Below, one piece after another: positions 19,586-27,926 of a DNA stretch of 64,000 nt. Under the pieces are notes generated by a model. That model saw only the letters and a list, made by a program, of their open reading frames with translations. It made no database searches and was not told the origin of the DNA. The first letter of the stretch is position 1; each line of letters opens with the position of its first letter. The stretch is from a virus (lineage: Duplodnaviria > Caudoviricetes), in IMG/VR virus record IMGVR_UViG_2824987192_000002, positions 2,950 through 66,949 of that record; one strand, given 5' to 3'. A program made the position numbers and the translations under genes.

Positions 19586-19923
19586 GATCCGCTCGTGATT
19601 ATGTTGTCGTCATCATTGGTGGAGATGCGATCACCGTCATTCGTGGTGATGAAGGTATTGTTGGCCGTGTTGTAATCCTGCGGGCGTGGGTCTTTGATCG
19701 GCATCGGATCAGGCGGCAGGATACGCGTCTTCAACTGCGGTTGCGGTACGTCAAGGCATCGATTACAGACGAGAAGACGGAGATTCTGCAGGCGCGTCCC
19801 TGCCCATTCCTGTTGCCAATTAAGGGACGTGTGGTTGTAAAGGGCACCGCACCGATCGCAGATGGCGAACGAACGCGGATTTGAAGGACTGACCTGCGCC
19901 CTACCGTGGAACCTCCAAGCCAA
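19582..19923 (-). CDS. Zn-finger morphogenesis protein
   Basis: AICDRCG..LLVCNRCLDVPQPQL..DPRP. Confidence 0.7.
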   Translation of the reverse strand: MAWRFHGRAQVSPSNPRSFAICDRCGALYNHTSLNWQQEWAGTRLQNLRLLVCNRCLDVPQPQLKTRILPPDPMPIKDPRPQDYNTANNTFITTNDGDRISTNDDDNIITSGS

Positions 19924-19929
19924 ATCTCG

Positions 19930-20625
19930 TTACCTCTGATAAAATCCGCCGGTTGCAGGGGCCAAAAACAAAGGCACGTTCTCGGTGTCCTGCTCTTGCG
20001 CGTTCTCCAGCGCCTGTTGCGCCTTGGCCTCAAGCCGTCCGACCTGTGCCGGTGCATAGCTGTGGGCCAGTCGTGCAGCCAGCCCCCACGCGAAGGCGCC
20101 GAACCAGCGATTAGGCAGATCGACATTCTCCCCGCCCTGCATGTTGGCATCGAAGATCTGCGAGACGCGGTAGTAGCGCAGCAGATACGGGCCATTGCCG
20201 TCCGGAACCTGCCAGAGGTAGATCGACGGCGACAGCAGACGGTCGAACCAGAAGCTCGTCACCCGCCCCTGTTGTTCCTTGTTCGGAAGCGATGCGTATT
20301 CGGTGCGCGACAGCGGCCAGATGACCGTATCGATCGGGTTCCCCGCGCCATCAAAAATGCGCCAGTAGATATCGAGGATCATCACCGTGCTGGGATCGAC
20401 GGCATATTGCGCCTGTCCCTCGATCAACGGCACTTCGACCAGATCGACCTTCCACAAGTTCGGCGTGTCGTTGTTCCACTCCGCGAGCATCAGGTTCATC
20501 GCCATGCGGGCGTCCTGAAGATGCTCCTGCGTGATGGCGGAACGCCGGATGCCCGCCAATCCGAACGAGTAGAGGATGAACTCGCCGTTGGACGGATTGA
20601 AGTTGGTGGTGCCGCTAAGGGTCAT
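19930..20625 (-). CDS. Head-tail connector / adaptor-like protein
   Basis: MTLSGTTNF..NLMLAEWNN..NLW..YASLPNKEQQGR..LWQVPD. Confidence 0.7.
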   Translation of the reverse strand: MTLSGTTNFNPSNGEFILYSFGLAGIRRSAITQEHLQDARMAMNLMLAEWNNDTPNLWKVDLVEVPLIEGQAQYAVDPSTVMILDIYWRIFDGAGNPIDTVIWPLSRTEYASLPNKEQQGRVTSFWFDRLLSPSIYLWQVPDGNGPYLLRYYRVSQIFDANMQGGENVDLPNRWFGAFAWGLAARLAHSYAPAQVGRLEAKAQQALENAQEQDTENVPLFLAPATGGFYQR

Positions 20626-20629
20626 CGGA

Positions 20630-21322
20630 TCAGCTCAACACAATGGCGGTCACAGCGCCGCCGGAAACCGTGAGGGTAGCAGTCGTCGTGTATGTTCCGG
20701 TTACAGGGACAGTGAGAGCCTGATTGTTCGTCACGACAGCCTTTGTCGGGGCAAATGAGACCGTTACGCTCTGCAAGCCACCCGATGACACATTGACGGT
20801 CGCAAAATCGGTGGAGGGACTGACCGCAACGGACGCGTTTGTGGTGAAGCCATTCGATATGATCGTGTCTGTCGCAGCGGCAAGCGCTACCCAGTTGATG
20901 AAGCCGCCGGTAATCGCCACGGTACCGTCAACGGGACCGCCACCGCCGTTGTTTGCCATCTTCACGGTCATGCCGTTGGTGACGAGCGCGCCAGTACCTG
21001 GAACACCCACATAGGAAAGCTGGCCGGTCGGATCGACGATGGTTGCGGTGCAATTGATCTGCGTGCCATCGGCATCCTGAACGGTAATTGCGCCGGCCTG
21101 GTTGGTGATGACCGTTCTTCCCGCTGGCAGCGACAGGCTTTGCAGAGAGCCGCCGGAAACCTTGGCCGTTGCCGTGGAAAGCTGCGTTGTGCCATTGGAA
21201 GCCGTGACTGACGAGGATACTCCATCGATCACAACGGCACCGTTGGACGGCACTACCGTACCCGGCACGAAGGAAACGCCGCCCGGTCCAGACAGACCGT
21301 TCGCTGATATCGATCCAGCCAT
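20630..21322 (-). CDS. Fibre/decoration-like structural protein
   Basis: Thr/Gly/Val-rich with repeated VSGG.LQS.S units. Confidence 0.6.
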   Translation of the reverse strand: MAGSISANGLSGPGGVSFVPGTVVPSNGAVVIDGVSSSVTASNGTTQLSTATAKVSGGSLQSLSLPAGRTVITNQAGAITVQDADGTQINCTATIVDPTGQLSYVGVPGTGALVTNGMTVKMANNGGGGPVDGTVAITGGFINWVALAAATDTIISNGFTTNASVAVSPSTDFATVNVSSGGLQSVTVSFAPTKAVVTNNQALTVPVTGTYTTTATLTVSGGAVTAIVLS

Positions 21323-21332
21323 GCGTTGATCC

Positions 21333-22232
21333 TTATTGTACCGTGTAGCTAAAATTGATGCCGTAATCGTTGCTGCTGGTATTGGCCGACCAGAGTGTCA
21401 GGGAGGCGCTGTTGTCTCCTGCAAAGGAGATGACCGAGAATTGCCCCGCAGCGACAGGGTTCAAGACCGTCGTGCCAAACCCAGTTGCCTGATTCCCGGT
21501 GGTGAACGACGTGGAGACTGGCACCGAAAACCTAATGCTCGCCGATGATGCGTTGTTCGTGACCGTCGCCGAGAACCGGCCTGTCACGTTCACCACGTTC
21601 CCGACACGCTGATAGTAGAACAGGCCGACAAAGCCGACGGACGCGTTGTTGGTAAACAGCACACTCGGCGTATAGGTGCCCGAAGCCAGAGCAAGGCCTC
21701 CGCCAACGGCGGTGTCAACGTATTGCTTGGTGGCGAGCGACGCGGGATTGGCCGGGGCATACCCAGCGGCTGCCGCAATATCCGTATCGGAAATCGCCAG
21801 CCTGGCAGCAGCTCCGGTCAGAAAGACATGCTGCGTGACCGTTGCTCCGCTACGCACCATGGAATAGCCGACTTGGCCGGTCGTCGGGTCGGCGTCGGAA
21901 GCGGCCTGGATATTGAAGGTCGTCGTAGTCGGAAGAAGGCGCCAATATTTCTGATCTGCGGCATTCCCGCTGCGGAAGAAACGAATCTCCGGGGAGATAT
22001 CTCCGAGAACCATGCTCGGGGTCCCGGCAACATTTCCTCCATTGAACGTGTGGAGGCCCGTCCATGTGGGAACGATAGCCTGATCGATGGGAGGGGCCGC
22101 ATCGCTGCGCATGAATGTCTGAGCGCTGCCATTGACGGCGCTTGTACCAACCGATGCAGTCGGATTGGCAGCAGATGGAGGCGTTGCGCCCGGAACGTAA
22201 GAGATGCCCCCGCCGGTCGAGATACCGCTCAT
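21333..22232 (-). CDS. Fibre-like structural protein
   Basis: FMRSDAAP, ATKQYVD, SGTYTP..YQRVGNVV fibre motifs. Confidence 0.7.
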   Translation of the reverse strand: MSGISTGGGISYVPGATPPSAANPTASVGTSAVNGSAQTFMRSDAAPPIDQAIVPTWTGLHTFNGGNVAGTPSMVLGDISPEIRFFRSGNAADQKYWRLLPTTTTFNIQAASDADPTTGQVGYSMVRSGATVTQHVFLTGAAARLAISDTDIAAAAGYAPANPASLATKQYVDTAVGGGLALASGTYTPSVLFTNNASVGFVGLFYYQRVGNVVNVTGRFSATVTNNASSASIRFSVPVSTSFTTGNQATGFGTTVLNPVAAGQFSVISFAGDNSASLTLWSANTSSNDYGINFSYTVQ

Positions 22233-22245
22233 CCGATTTTACCAC

Positions 22246-22593
22246 TCAGTTGATCGAAAGGGACTGGCGCACCTTCAGTTCGATGCTGCCGCCAGTGATG
22301 GTCGCGACATTCAAGCGAACCGCTGCGATAGGCACGATATAGTTGCCCGTGATCGTGGCGCTCGACCCGACCGGAAACTGCGGATCGGTTGTCCAGCGGA
22401 CATTCGGGTTGGCGGTGTTGTCCTGCAGAAGTAGGTCATCCAGCGTGTATTCGACGCTATAGGTCGTGGTCACGCCGCCGGGAACATAGACCTGTATGGC
22501 GACGCTGAACGGCGCAATGGTCGAATCCAGATTGCACACCGTCGCCGTGCCCGTCGCTGATACGGTGACGAATTTCGAGAGCGGAGACGCCAT
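22246..22593 (-). CDS. Structural protein (beta-sandwich-like)
   Basis: YSVEYTLDD..PIAAVRLNV; lies in head operon. Confidence 0.6.
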   Translation of the reverse strand: MASPLSKFVTVSATGTATVCNLDSTIAPFSVAIQVYVPGGVTTTYSVEYTLDDLLLQDNTANPNVRWTTDPQFPVGSSATITGNYIVPIAAVRLNVATITGGSIELKVRQSLSIN

Positions 22594-22611
22594 TGGGCCA
22601 TCCTCATACGG

Positions 22612-22643
22612 AAAGAGAAAGGCAGAGGCCGTAGCCCCTGCCT
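22612..22643 (-). terminator. Intrinsic terminator after head genes
   Basis: AGGCAGGGGC-TACG-GCCTCTGCCT followed by TTCTCTTT. Confidence 0.7.
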
Positions 22644-22849
22644 CAGTGGTGGAAGGATTTGAGGGTTTCGGCGAGCCGTGCTCTCTTGGCGAGCTTCGGA
22701 TTGTCCGAGTGAGCAGCCTTTTCTAGCTTCTTCTCCGGTATCTTATCGCCTTGAGCTACGCCTAGCTCGCGATGCAGGGCACCCTTTTCGATATTGGCGC
22801 CCTGTATCCACTTCTTGCCGACTTCGCCACCTCGGGCGTAGTCAGTCAC
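22643..22849 (-). CDS. Small basic protein
   Basis: GTG start overlapping upstream stop; YARGGEV..KGALHRELGV..KIP..RARLAETL. Confidence 0.7.
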   Translation of the reverse strand: MTDYARGGEVGKKWIQGANIEKGALHRELGVAQGDKIPEKKLEKAAHSDNPKLAKRARLAETLKSFHH

Positions 22850-23129
22850 CCTCCTTGTCGCTGCGGTCGGAAACCTTAGCCGCAGACGATAACGGGCTGG
22901 AGTCGGCGCCGACACGGCCACCCGACTTGCGGCCGGGACGGTCGAGACGCATTTTCGACATCTTGCCGTCCGGCTTGCCCACTTCCTTCTTCTTGACGCG
23001 GCCTCCGTCCTTGCGTTCGTCGGCTTCCTTCACGACTTTGCTGCCGGCACCGGCATAGACTTCCTTCGGAGAGTCGTCCTTCGGAACCACACCGCCGTCC
23101 TTGCGGCAATTCTTCATCTTAGCCTTCAT
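22842..23129 (-). CDS. Small Lys/Arg-rich protein with three RKxGGxV repeats
   Basis: RKDGGVV, RKDGGRV, RKSGGRV. Confidence 0.75.
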   Translation of the reverse strand: MKAKMKNCRKDGGVVPKDDSPKEVYAGAGSKVVKEADERKDGGRVKKKEVGKPDGKMSKMRLDRPGRKSGGRVGADSSPLSSAAKVSDRSDKEGD

Positions 23130-23584
23130 GGCGTATCTCCTGCCTGGGGCTGTTGAACATAGAGAACGGTTACGCGAACCGATCCGGCTGTGGTGGCTCC
23201 AACCGGGGTGATTGTGAACACCACTTGTGGAGTGGTGCCGATATCATCCATTGCTGCGAGCTGGGCGGCCGTGAACGTGGGACGTACCCGGCCTGCTGTC
23301 TTTGCATTGACGCCGCTGGCATATTGCGTGCCAGCAGCAGCAGTTCCCGCCGTCAACGTCGCGGAGGTCGCGGAGTCGAAGGCGACCAGCACGTCAACGA
23401 TGATATCCACGATCTGGCTGCCGAATGGCATGTAGAGCGTGGAAGACACTGCATTGGTGCTGTTCTGTGTAAGGAGGGTGGTCTGCGACATCGCGCAGAA
23501 GCCCATATCGGAATAACCAGCGGCCGTTCCGTCGGGCTTCTCCGTGAATGTGGCAACCGGCCCCGTGAAGGCCGTCGTTGTCAT
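23126..23584 (-). CDS. Capsid-associated (decoration-like) protein
   Basis: TAFTGPV start, Thr/Ala-rich, directly after capsid gene. Confidence 0.65.
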   Translation of the reverse strand: MTTTAFTGPVATFTEKPDGTAAGYSDMGFCAMSQTTLLTQNSTNAVSSTLYMPFGSQIVDIIVDVLVAFDSATSATLTAGTAAAGTQYASGVNAKTAGRVRPTFTAAQLAAMDDIGTTPQVVFTITPVGATTAGSVRVTVLYVQQPQAGDTP

Positions 23585-23596
23585 GATGGCCTCCGA

Positions 23597-24511
23597 TCAA
23601 GCCGTTGGGAAGGAGCCCCAGAGCGCTCTCCAGTCATTATACCCAAAGCTGTAGCGCTCGTATCCCTTCACCAGAAGGTTATCGGTGGTAAAATCGACCT
23701 GCATATCCGTCTCGAAGGCGACGCGCTCCAGATAGAGCAGTCCTTCGTTGTTGGTCAGCAGGAACCACGCGAAGTTGCTGGTGAGGAATTCCGAGACGAC
23801 ATAGCCCTCGCGAAGACCGCCCGAGGTGGACAGGATGGCGTTGACATCGTTGTCGGCTGTACCCGGACGAAGTTCCGTCTTGGTGAGGCGGATGGCGACC
23901 GGTTCAAGCGCATTCGGAACCACGAGCTTGCGAGCCCGTGCGAAGGTCTTCAGACCGGCATTATCGAGGAAGGTGACCGGGATCGTGGTCATCGCATTGA
24001 GCAGCGATGCCTCGTTGAGGTCAACCTGGACAGCCGGCGTGTTGGCGACAGTGCCGCCATCGATCGGATGCGCAGTGGAGCAGAGTGCCACACCATCGCC
24101 GCCGACTGCCGGATTGTAGACGTTCGCCGTGTTGAAGACGTTCCAACCGTAGATTTCCTTGGTCTGGGCAAAGGACTGCATCAGGCCGAGGTTGGAGGGC
24201 TGGAACTGCGCCTTGTAGAGGTTGTCGTCGATCGCCTTGCGGGTGATCGCGTAACCAAGAGCGATTTCGTTGTGCTCCTGGTTGTAGACGTAGCGCTCGC
24301 CAGCCTGGTTGTCGAAGGAGGTTTGCCCACCTTCGGTCTTGAGCTTGGCAAGGCCGAGGTAACGCATGGAGACCGTGCGTTCCAGAGCCATGTTGGATTT
24401 GCCCTTGCTGAATACATTCGGCCAGCGGGCGGGGATCTGATCGTACTTGCCGGTAACGCCACGCAGGCCCGGCAGCAGGAGATCGCGGATTGATGCGAGA
24501 TTGACAGCCAT
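23597..24511 (-). CDS. Major capsid protein
   Basis: LLPGL..GYAITRKAIDDNLY..GGDGVALCSTAHP..KLVVP..ERYSFGYNDWR. Confidence 0.9.
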   Translation of the reverse strand: MAVNLASIRDLLLPGLRGVTGKYDQIPARWPNVFSKGKSNMALERTVSMRYLGLAKLKTEGGQTSFDNQAGERYVYNQEHNEIALGYAITRKAIDDNLYKAQFQPSNLGLMQSFAQTKEIYGWNVFNTANVYNPAVGGDGVALCSTAHPIDGGTVANTPAVQVDLNEASLLNAMTTIPVTFLDNAGLKTFARARKLVVPNALEPVAIRLTKTELRPGTADNDVNAILSTSGGLREGYVVSEFLTSNFAWFLLTNNEGLLYLERVAFETDMQVDFTTDNLLVKGYERYSFGYNDWRALWGSFPTA

Positions 24512-24526
24512 GTTCCGAGACCTCCG

Positions 24527-25129
24527 TTACACGATGCCGGTGAGCGACTTGGTGTCGACGTTATTGAAGGCGACGACGATCCAGTTGCCGTTCGAAGCGA
24601 CATCCGTACCGGGTCCACCCGGAGGCTGGGTCACGACAGCCACGATGCGGAAAGGCAGCGTAGCGGTGGTGGCAATCGTTGCCTGGTTGGCATAGGCGCC
24701 GGACTGGCCGTTGAGGGCATTACCGGTACCGATGGCGAAGTTGATGTTCGCGCCGATATCAGTTGCCGCAACGGGCGAACCGGCATTACCGGACTGAACG
24801 AGGAACTGCGCGTTCGGGTCGGTGATGATGTAGGCCGTGACGGTCGTATTCGCGAGAGCGGAACCGGAACCGGGCCAATAGGGCGACCAGACCTTGCGGT
24901 TGACGGCGGCGGAGTAATATTCGCAACCGACGAAGATACCGGCAATCTGTGTGGTGCCGGCGACGGACTGGGCAACCGTGCCGTCCGCCTGGGTCGTTAC
25001 CGGGTCGCCCGAGTAGATCGCGCCAGCGGTCAAGGCGACACTGCGAGCAACCTGCTCATAAGTGGGCGCAGAACCGGTACCGCGGTACTGAGAGAACCCG
25101 AAGGGAGCAAAGGTATTAGCCATTGCCAT
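24527..25129 (-). CDS. Minor capsid/cement-like protein
   Basis: MANTFAPFGF..IYSGDPV..GIFVGCEY..DPNAQFLVQ; upstream of capsid gene. Confidence 0.7.
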   Translation of the reverse strand: MAMANTFAPFGFSQYRGTGSAPTYEQVARSVALTAGAIYSGDPVTTQADGTVAQSVAGTTQIAGIFVGCEYYSAAVNRKVWSPYWPGSGSALANTTVTAYIITDPNAQFLVQSGNAGSPVAATDIGANINFAIGTGNALNGQSGAYANQATIATTATLPFRIVAVVTQPPGGPGTDVASNGNWIVVAFNNVDTKSLTGIV

Positions 25130-25225
25130 TCTCCATTCTGGGATGTCTGAGTCTTGCTACCGGCCCGGTAGTTCGTCTCTGGGTGATGCCGCAGCGGCCC
25201 GCCACGGCATGAGAAATGGAAGCGC

Positions 25226-25729
25226 TCAATTGTCGATCGGGAGCGCTTCGTAAGAGGTGCGAGCGTAGTTCTTCAGGTTGGACGCTTCGCGCGACATCGT
25301 GCCGGCCGGCGTCTCCCCGAGGATCTGCTGTTTCTTGATGGTGACCATCTCGGTCGCGTTGGCGCGGTCTTCGGCCATTGCTTCCTGAGTGAGTTCGATC
25401 GGGCGTTCCATCAGCATCAGGCCGTCACGGATGATCGGGCCTGTGTGGCCGTCTGCGACGAGACCGGGATGGCGGGAGCTGTCCACCGGTTCCCATCCCT
25501 GTTCGCGCAGCAGCACGTTGTAGGACGGGTCTTCCTTGCCGTAGACCGTGACCGTCTTCCATTCGTAGGAGGAGCCGGACGGAATCTGCGATGCATCGAT
25601 ATGGAACTTATCGACGCTCTGGCCGCCCTTGCGCTTGCGGGAGCGGATTTCGTCGCGCACCGGTTCAAGGCGCAGGCTGGAGCGTGGTGCCACGCCGCGA
25701 CGGGCTGGCTGTTCTGTCTCTTCGGTCAT
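25226..25729 (-). CDS. Conserved head-module protein
   Basis: MTEETEQ..IPSGSSYEW..QGWEPV..GLMLMERP. Confidence 0.7.
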   Translation of the reverse strand: MTEETEQPARRGVAPRSSLRLEPVRDEIRSRKRKGGQSVDKFHIDASQIPSGSSYEWKTVTVYGKEDPSYNVLLREQGWEPVDSSRHPGLVADGHTGPIIRDGLMLMERPIELTQEAMAEDRANATEMVTIKKQQILGETPAGTMSREASNLKNYARTSYEALPIDN

Positions 25730-25739
25730 GAAGGTATCC

Positions 25740-26633
25740 TCAGTGAGTGGTGGTGCCGCTCTCGCGCTGGATAGCGACGAGGTGTCTGGCATATTCCGCA
25801 TCGGTCATGCCGCAAGCCGCAGCAATCTCACGCTGGGCCGCAGAGAGGCGAATGCGGGTCTGCGAAGGGTTGGATGGCGACGTGGCGCTCTCGCGGCTTG
25901 GCGGGGCTGCTGGGGCCGATTGCGTGCGGGTCTGCGCTGGTTCGTGCATCGGGTCGGTGCGCGTCTCTTCCTTGGCCGGGTAGAGCTGCTTGTTCAGGAA
26001 CTCGAAGTAGCCATCCGTGTCGGCCTGATGACCATTGCCGAGCGCCAGGTAATGCGCCTGCTCAAGCTTGCGCTGCTGATCGACGGTTCGAACGCTGTCG
26101 GGATGCGAGCGAATCCATGCCGCAGACTTTTCGGATACGCGGGATGCCCACTGTTCCACCGGATCGCTCTGCTGGCGGGCATCCTCGGCGCGGCGCTCGA
26201 TGGCTGCCTTGCCTTCCTTGATACGCTGCGATCGGACGGCGATATCGGCAAGCTTGGCCTGTGCTTCTGCCGCAGCTTCATAGTCGCCGGCTTCCATCGC
26301 CTTGCTGTACTCGGCCTTGGCATCGGCCTTTTCATGCTCGACATTGGCAATCGCATTGTCGATCGCCGTCATTTCTGCACTTACGGCAGTGGCGCGGACC
26401 TGGGCGGTTTCGCGGGCATGACGCTCTGCCTCGCTCTGGCGAAGGCGTTCCGCCTCCTCCCGCTTGGCGTCTGCTTCCTCGGCCCGCTTCTGCGCGGCTT
26501 CGAGCTGCGCTTTCCAGTCTTCCGGCTGCGTGTCATTGCTGGGGACTTCGATATCGCCGTCCTTGGCCTTGTCAAGCGCAGCGTCATCGACGATCACTTC
26601 CAGATCGTCCTTGTCGGTCTCAATGTCTGACAT
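25740..26633 (-). CDS. Capsid scaffolding protein
   Basis: Acidic coiled coil with C-term IRLSAAQREIAAACGMTDAEYAR. Confidence 0.75.
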   Translation of the reverse strand: MSDIETDKDDLEVIVDDAALDKAKDGDIEVPSNDTQPEDWKAQLEAAQKRAEEADAKREEAERLRQSEAERHARETAQVRATAVSAEMTAIDNAIANVEHEKADAKAEYSKAMEAGDYEAAAEAQAKLADIAVRSQRIKEGKAAIERRAEDARQQSDPVEQWASRVSEKSAAWIRSHPDSVRTVDQQRKLEQAHYLALGNGHQADTDGYFEFLNKQLYPAKEETRTDPMHEPAQTRTQSAPAAPPSRESATSPSNPSQTRIRLSAAQREIAAACGMTDAEYARHLVAIQRESGTTTH

Positions 26634-26644
26634 GATGGATCACC

Positions 26645-27028
26645 TTAGTAGATAACGGACGGCTCGCTGACGCGGCCCTTGATATGAACGTCTTCAAGCA
26701 GACGGCAATGCGTGGCGTTCACGTCGATCGAGAAGCCGTCGGAGGTGCGATAGATCACCCAATCGCCTTCGTTGACGGTCTGCCCCCTGAAATCGTTATT
26801 GGGGTCATCCTCGAAGGCCAGCGGGCCTTTCTTCAGAACGAGTCCGACCTTGCCCTGCCACTTGTCCTCATTGATCGTGTTGTCAGTGAGGAAGATGCCG
26901 CCAGCTGTCTTCTCCGGGCGCATCCAGATACCGACGAGGATCTGATTGTGCATGACTTCGATCTGCGAGAGGTCGCCGACCGATGCGAGGATTTCTTCTT
27001 TCGTGCTCTGCGATTTCCTGCCTAGCAT
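26645..27028 (-). CDS. Phage GroES-like co-chaperonin
   Basis: NQILV..PEKTAGGIFL..GLVLKKGPLAF..VNEGDWVIY. Confidence 0.85.
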   Translation of the reverse strand: MLGRKSQSTKEEILASVGDLSQIEVMHNQILVGIWMRPEKTAGGIFLTDNTINEDKWQGKVGLVLKKGPLAFEDDPNNDFRGQTVNEGDWVIYRTSDGFSIDVNATHCRLLEDVHIKGRVSEPSVIY

Positions 27029-27041
27029 AAGGGCTCCATGG

Positions 27042-27251
27042 TTATAGGCGGCTTTCGCCCATCTGGCGGACGATCTCTTCCATCACCTCCAAGGCCATCC
27101 GCATGCCCTGGATTTCACCGCAGCGCTGTTTGTAGGCTGCGTGGTCTTCGGCCATGCCGGACGCCACCGCTTCCGTTCTGGAGTCGATCAGTTCATTGAT
27201 CTGCTGGCGCGCTCTGGTGAGCAGGCGAACATCGAGATGGCTGGCGGTCAT
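27042..27251 (-). CDS. Conserved small helical protein
   Basis: ASGMAEDHAAYKQRCGEIQGMR; upstream of GroES. Confidence 0.65.
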   Translation of the reverse strand: MTASHLDVRLLTRARQQINELIDSRTEAVASGMAEDHAAYKQRCGEIQGMRMALEVMEEIVRQMGESRL

Positions 27252-27374
27252 TGGTCCTCGCTTGCCTGCTTCCCCCGCCCTTCGATGCAGAGCGCACGCC
27301 AACGGAGCCGTTCTTCACGGACGAGCAAAACCTTGTCCCACCCGCGAGTTGGGGCAGCTTGTGAGAAGCGTGCG

Positions 27375-27917
27375 CTATTTCTTGGCTTTGCTGCCGTACT
27401 CCTCGATCTTCTCCAGTCGGCCGTCGCCCGAGCCTGCGCCGGCTTCCATCTTCGGATAACTGACACGGCCACCGTCCTTGCGCATCGGCATGGATGGAGA
27501 CGGCGGCATGGGAGCGCCAGGAGCGCCTTGTGCGGGCATCGGAGGCGGAACTGGAGCACCACCCATGGGAGGAGGAACAGGCGGCGCTCCCGCCCCTTTC
27601 GGGCCAGATGCGACGATCACATTCACCGTGGTCCCCGAACCTTTCTTCGCCTTGCCGACATTACCGCCATTAGCGAACTTGCCGGGGCGATCCATGCGGG
27701 TCTTTGTCTTGGCGCCATCGACCTTGCCGCTGTCCACCCGACCGCCGCGCTTGTAGCCCTTGGCATAGCCGGTGGATGCTTCACCCTGCGAGCCATCGGA
27801 TGCTGGCATGACATGGCCCACGCCTTCATCGCGCCCGAGATCGGCGGTGGTGATCTTCATGCTGCGCATCTTGTCATCGCGGGACTGGTCGGCCTCGCGC
27901 TTCATCTGGTGGGCCAT
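27375..27917 (-). CDS. Basic/Pro-rich protein with three xxxGGxV repeats
   Basis: YKRGGRV, FANGGNV, RKDGGRV; AGGAGA RBS. Confidence 0.75.
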   Translation of the reverse strand: MAHQMKREADQSRDDKMRSMKITTADLGRDEGVGHVMPASDGSQGEASTGYAKGYKRGGRVDSGKVDGAKTKTRMDRPGKFANGGNVGKAKKGSGTTVNVIVASGPKGAGAPPVPPPMGGAPVPPPMPAQGAPGAPMPPSPSMPMRKDGGRVSYPKMEAGAGSGDGRLEKIEEYGSKAKK

Positions 27918-27926
27918 GGTATTCTC

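Noticed and set aside
22841-22856. prfB-type programmed +1 frameshift as a firm call
   Set aside because: SD spacing and UGA-C fit, but GAC to ACU re-pairing is poor; kept only as a low-interest note
23153-24493. 446-aa plus-strand ORF
   Set aside because: Antisense to the major capsid and decoration genes
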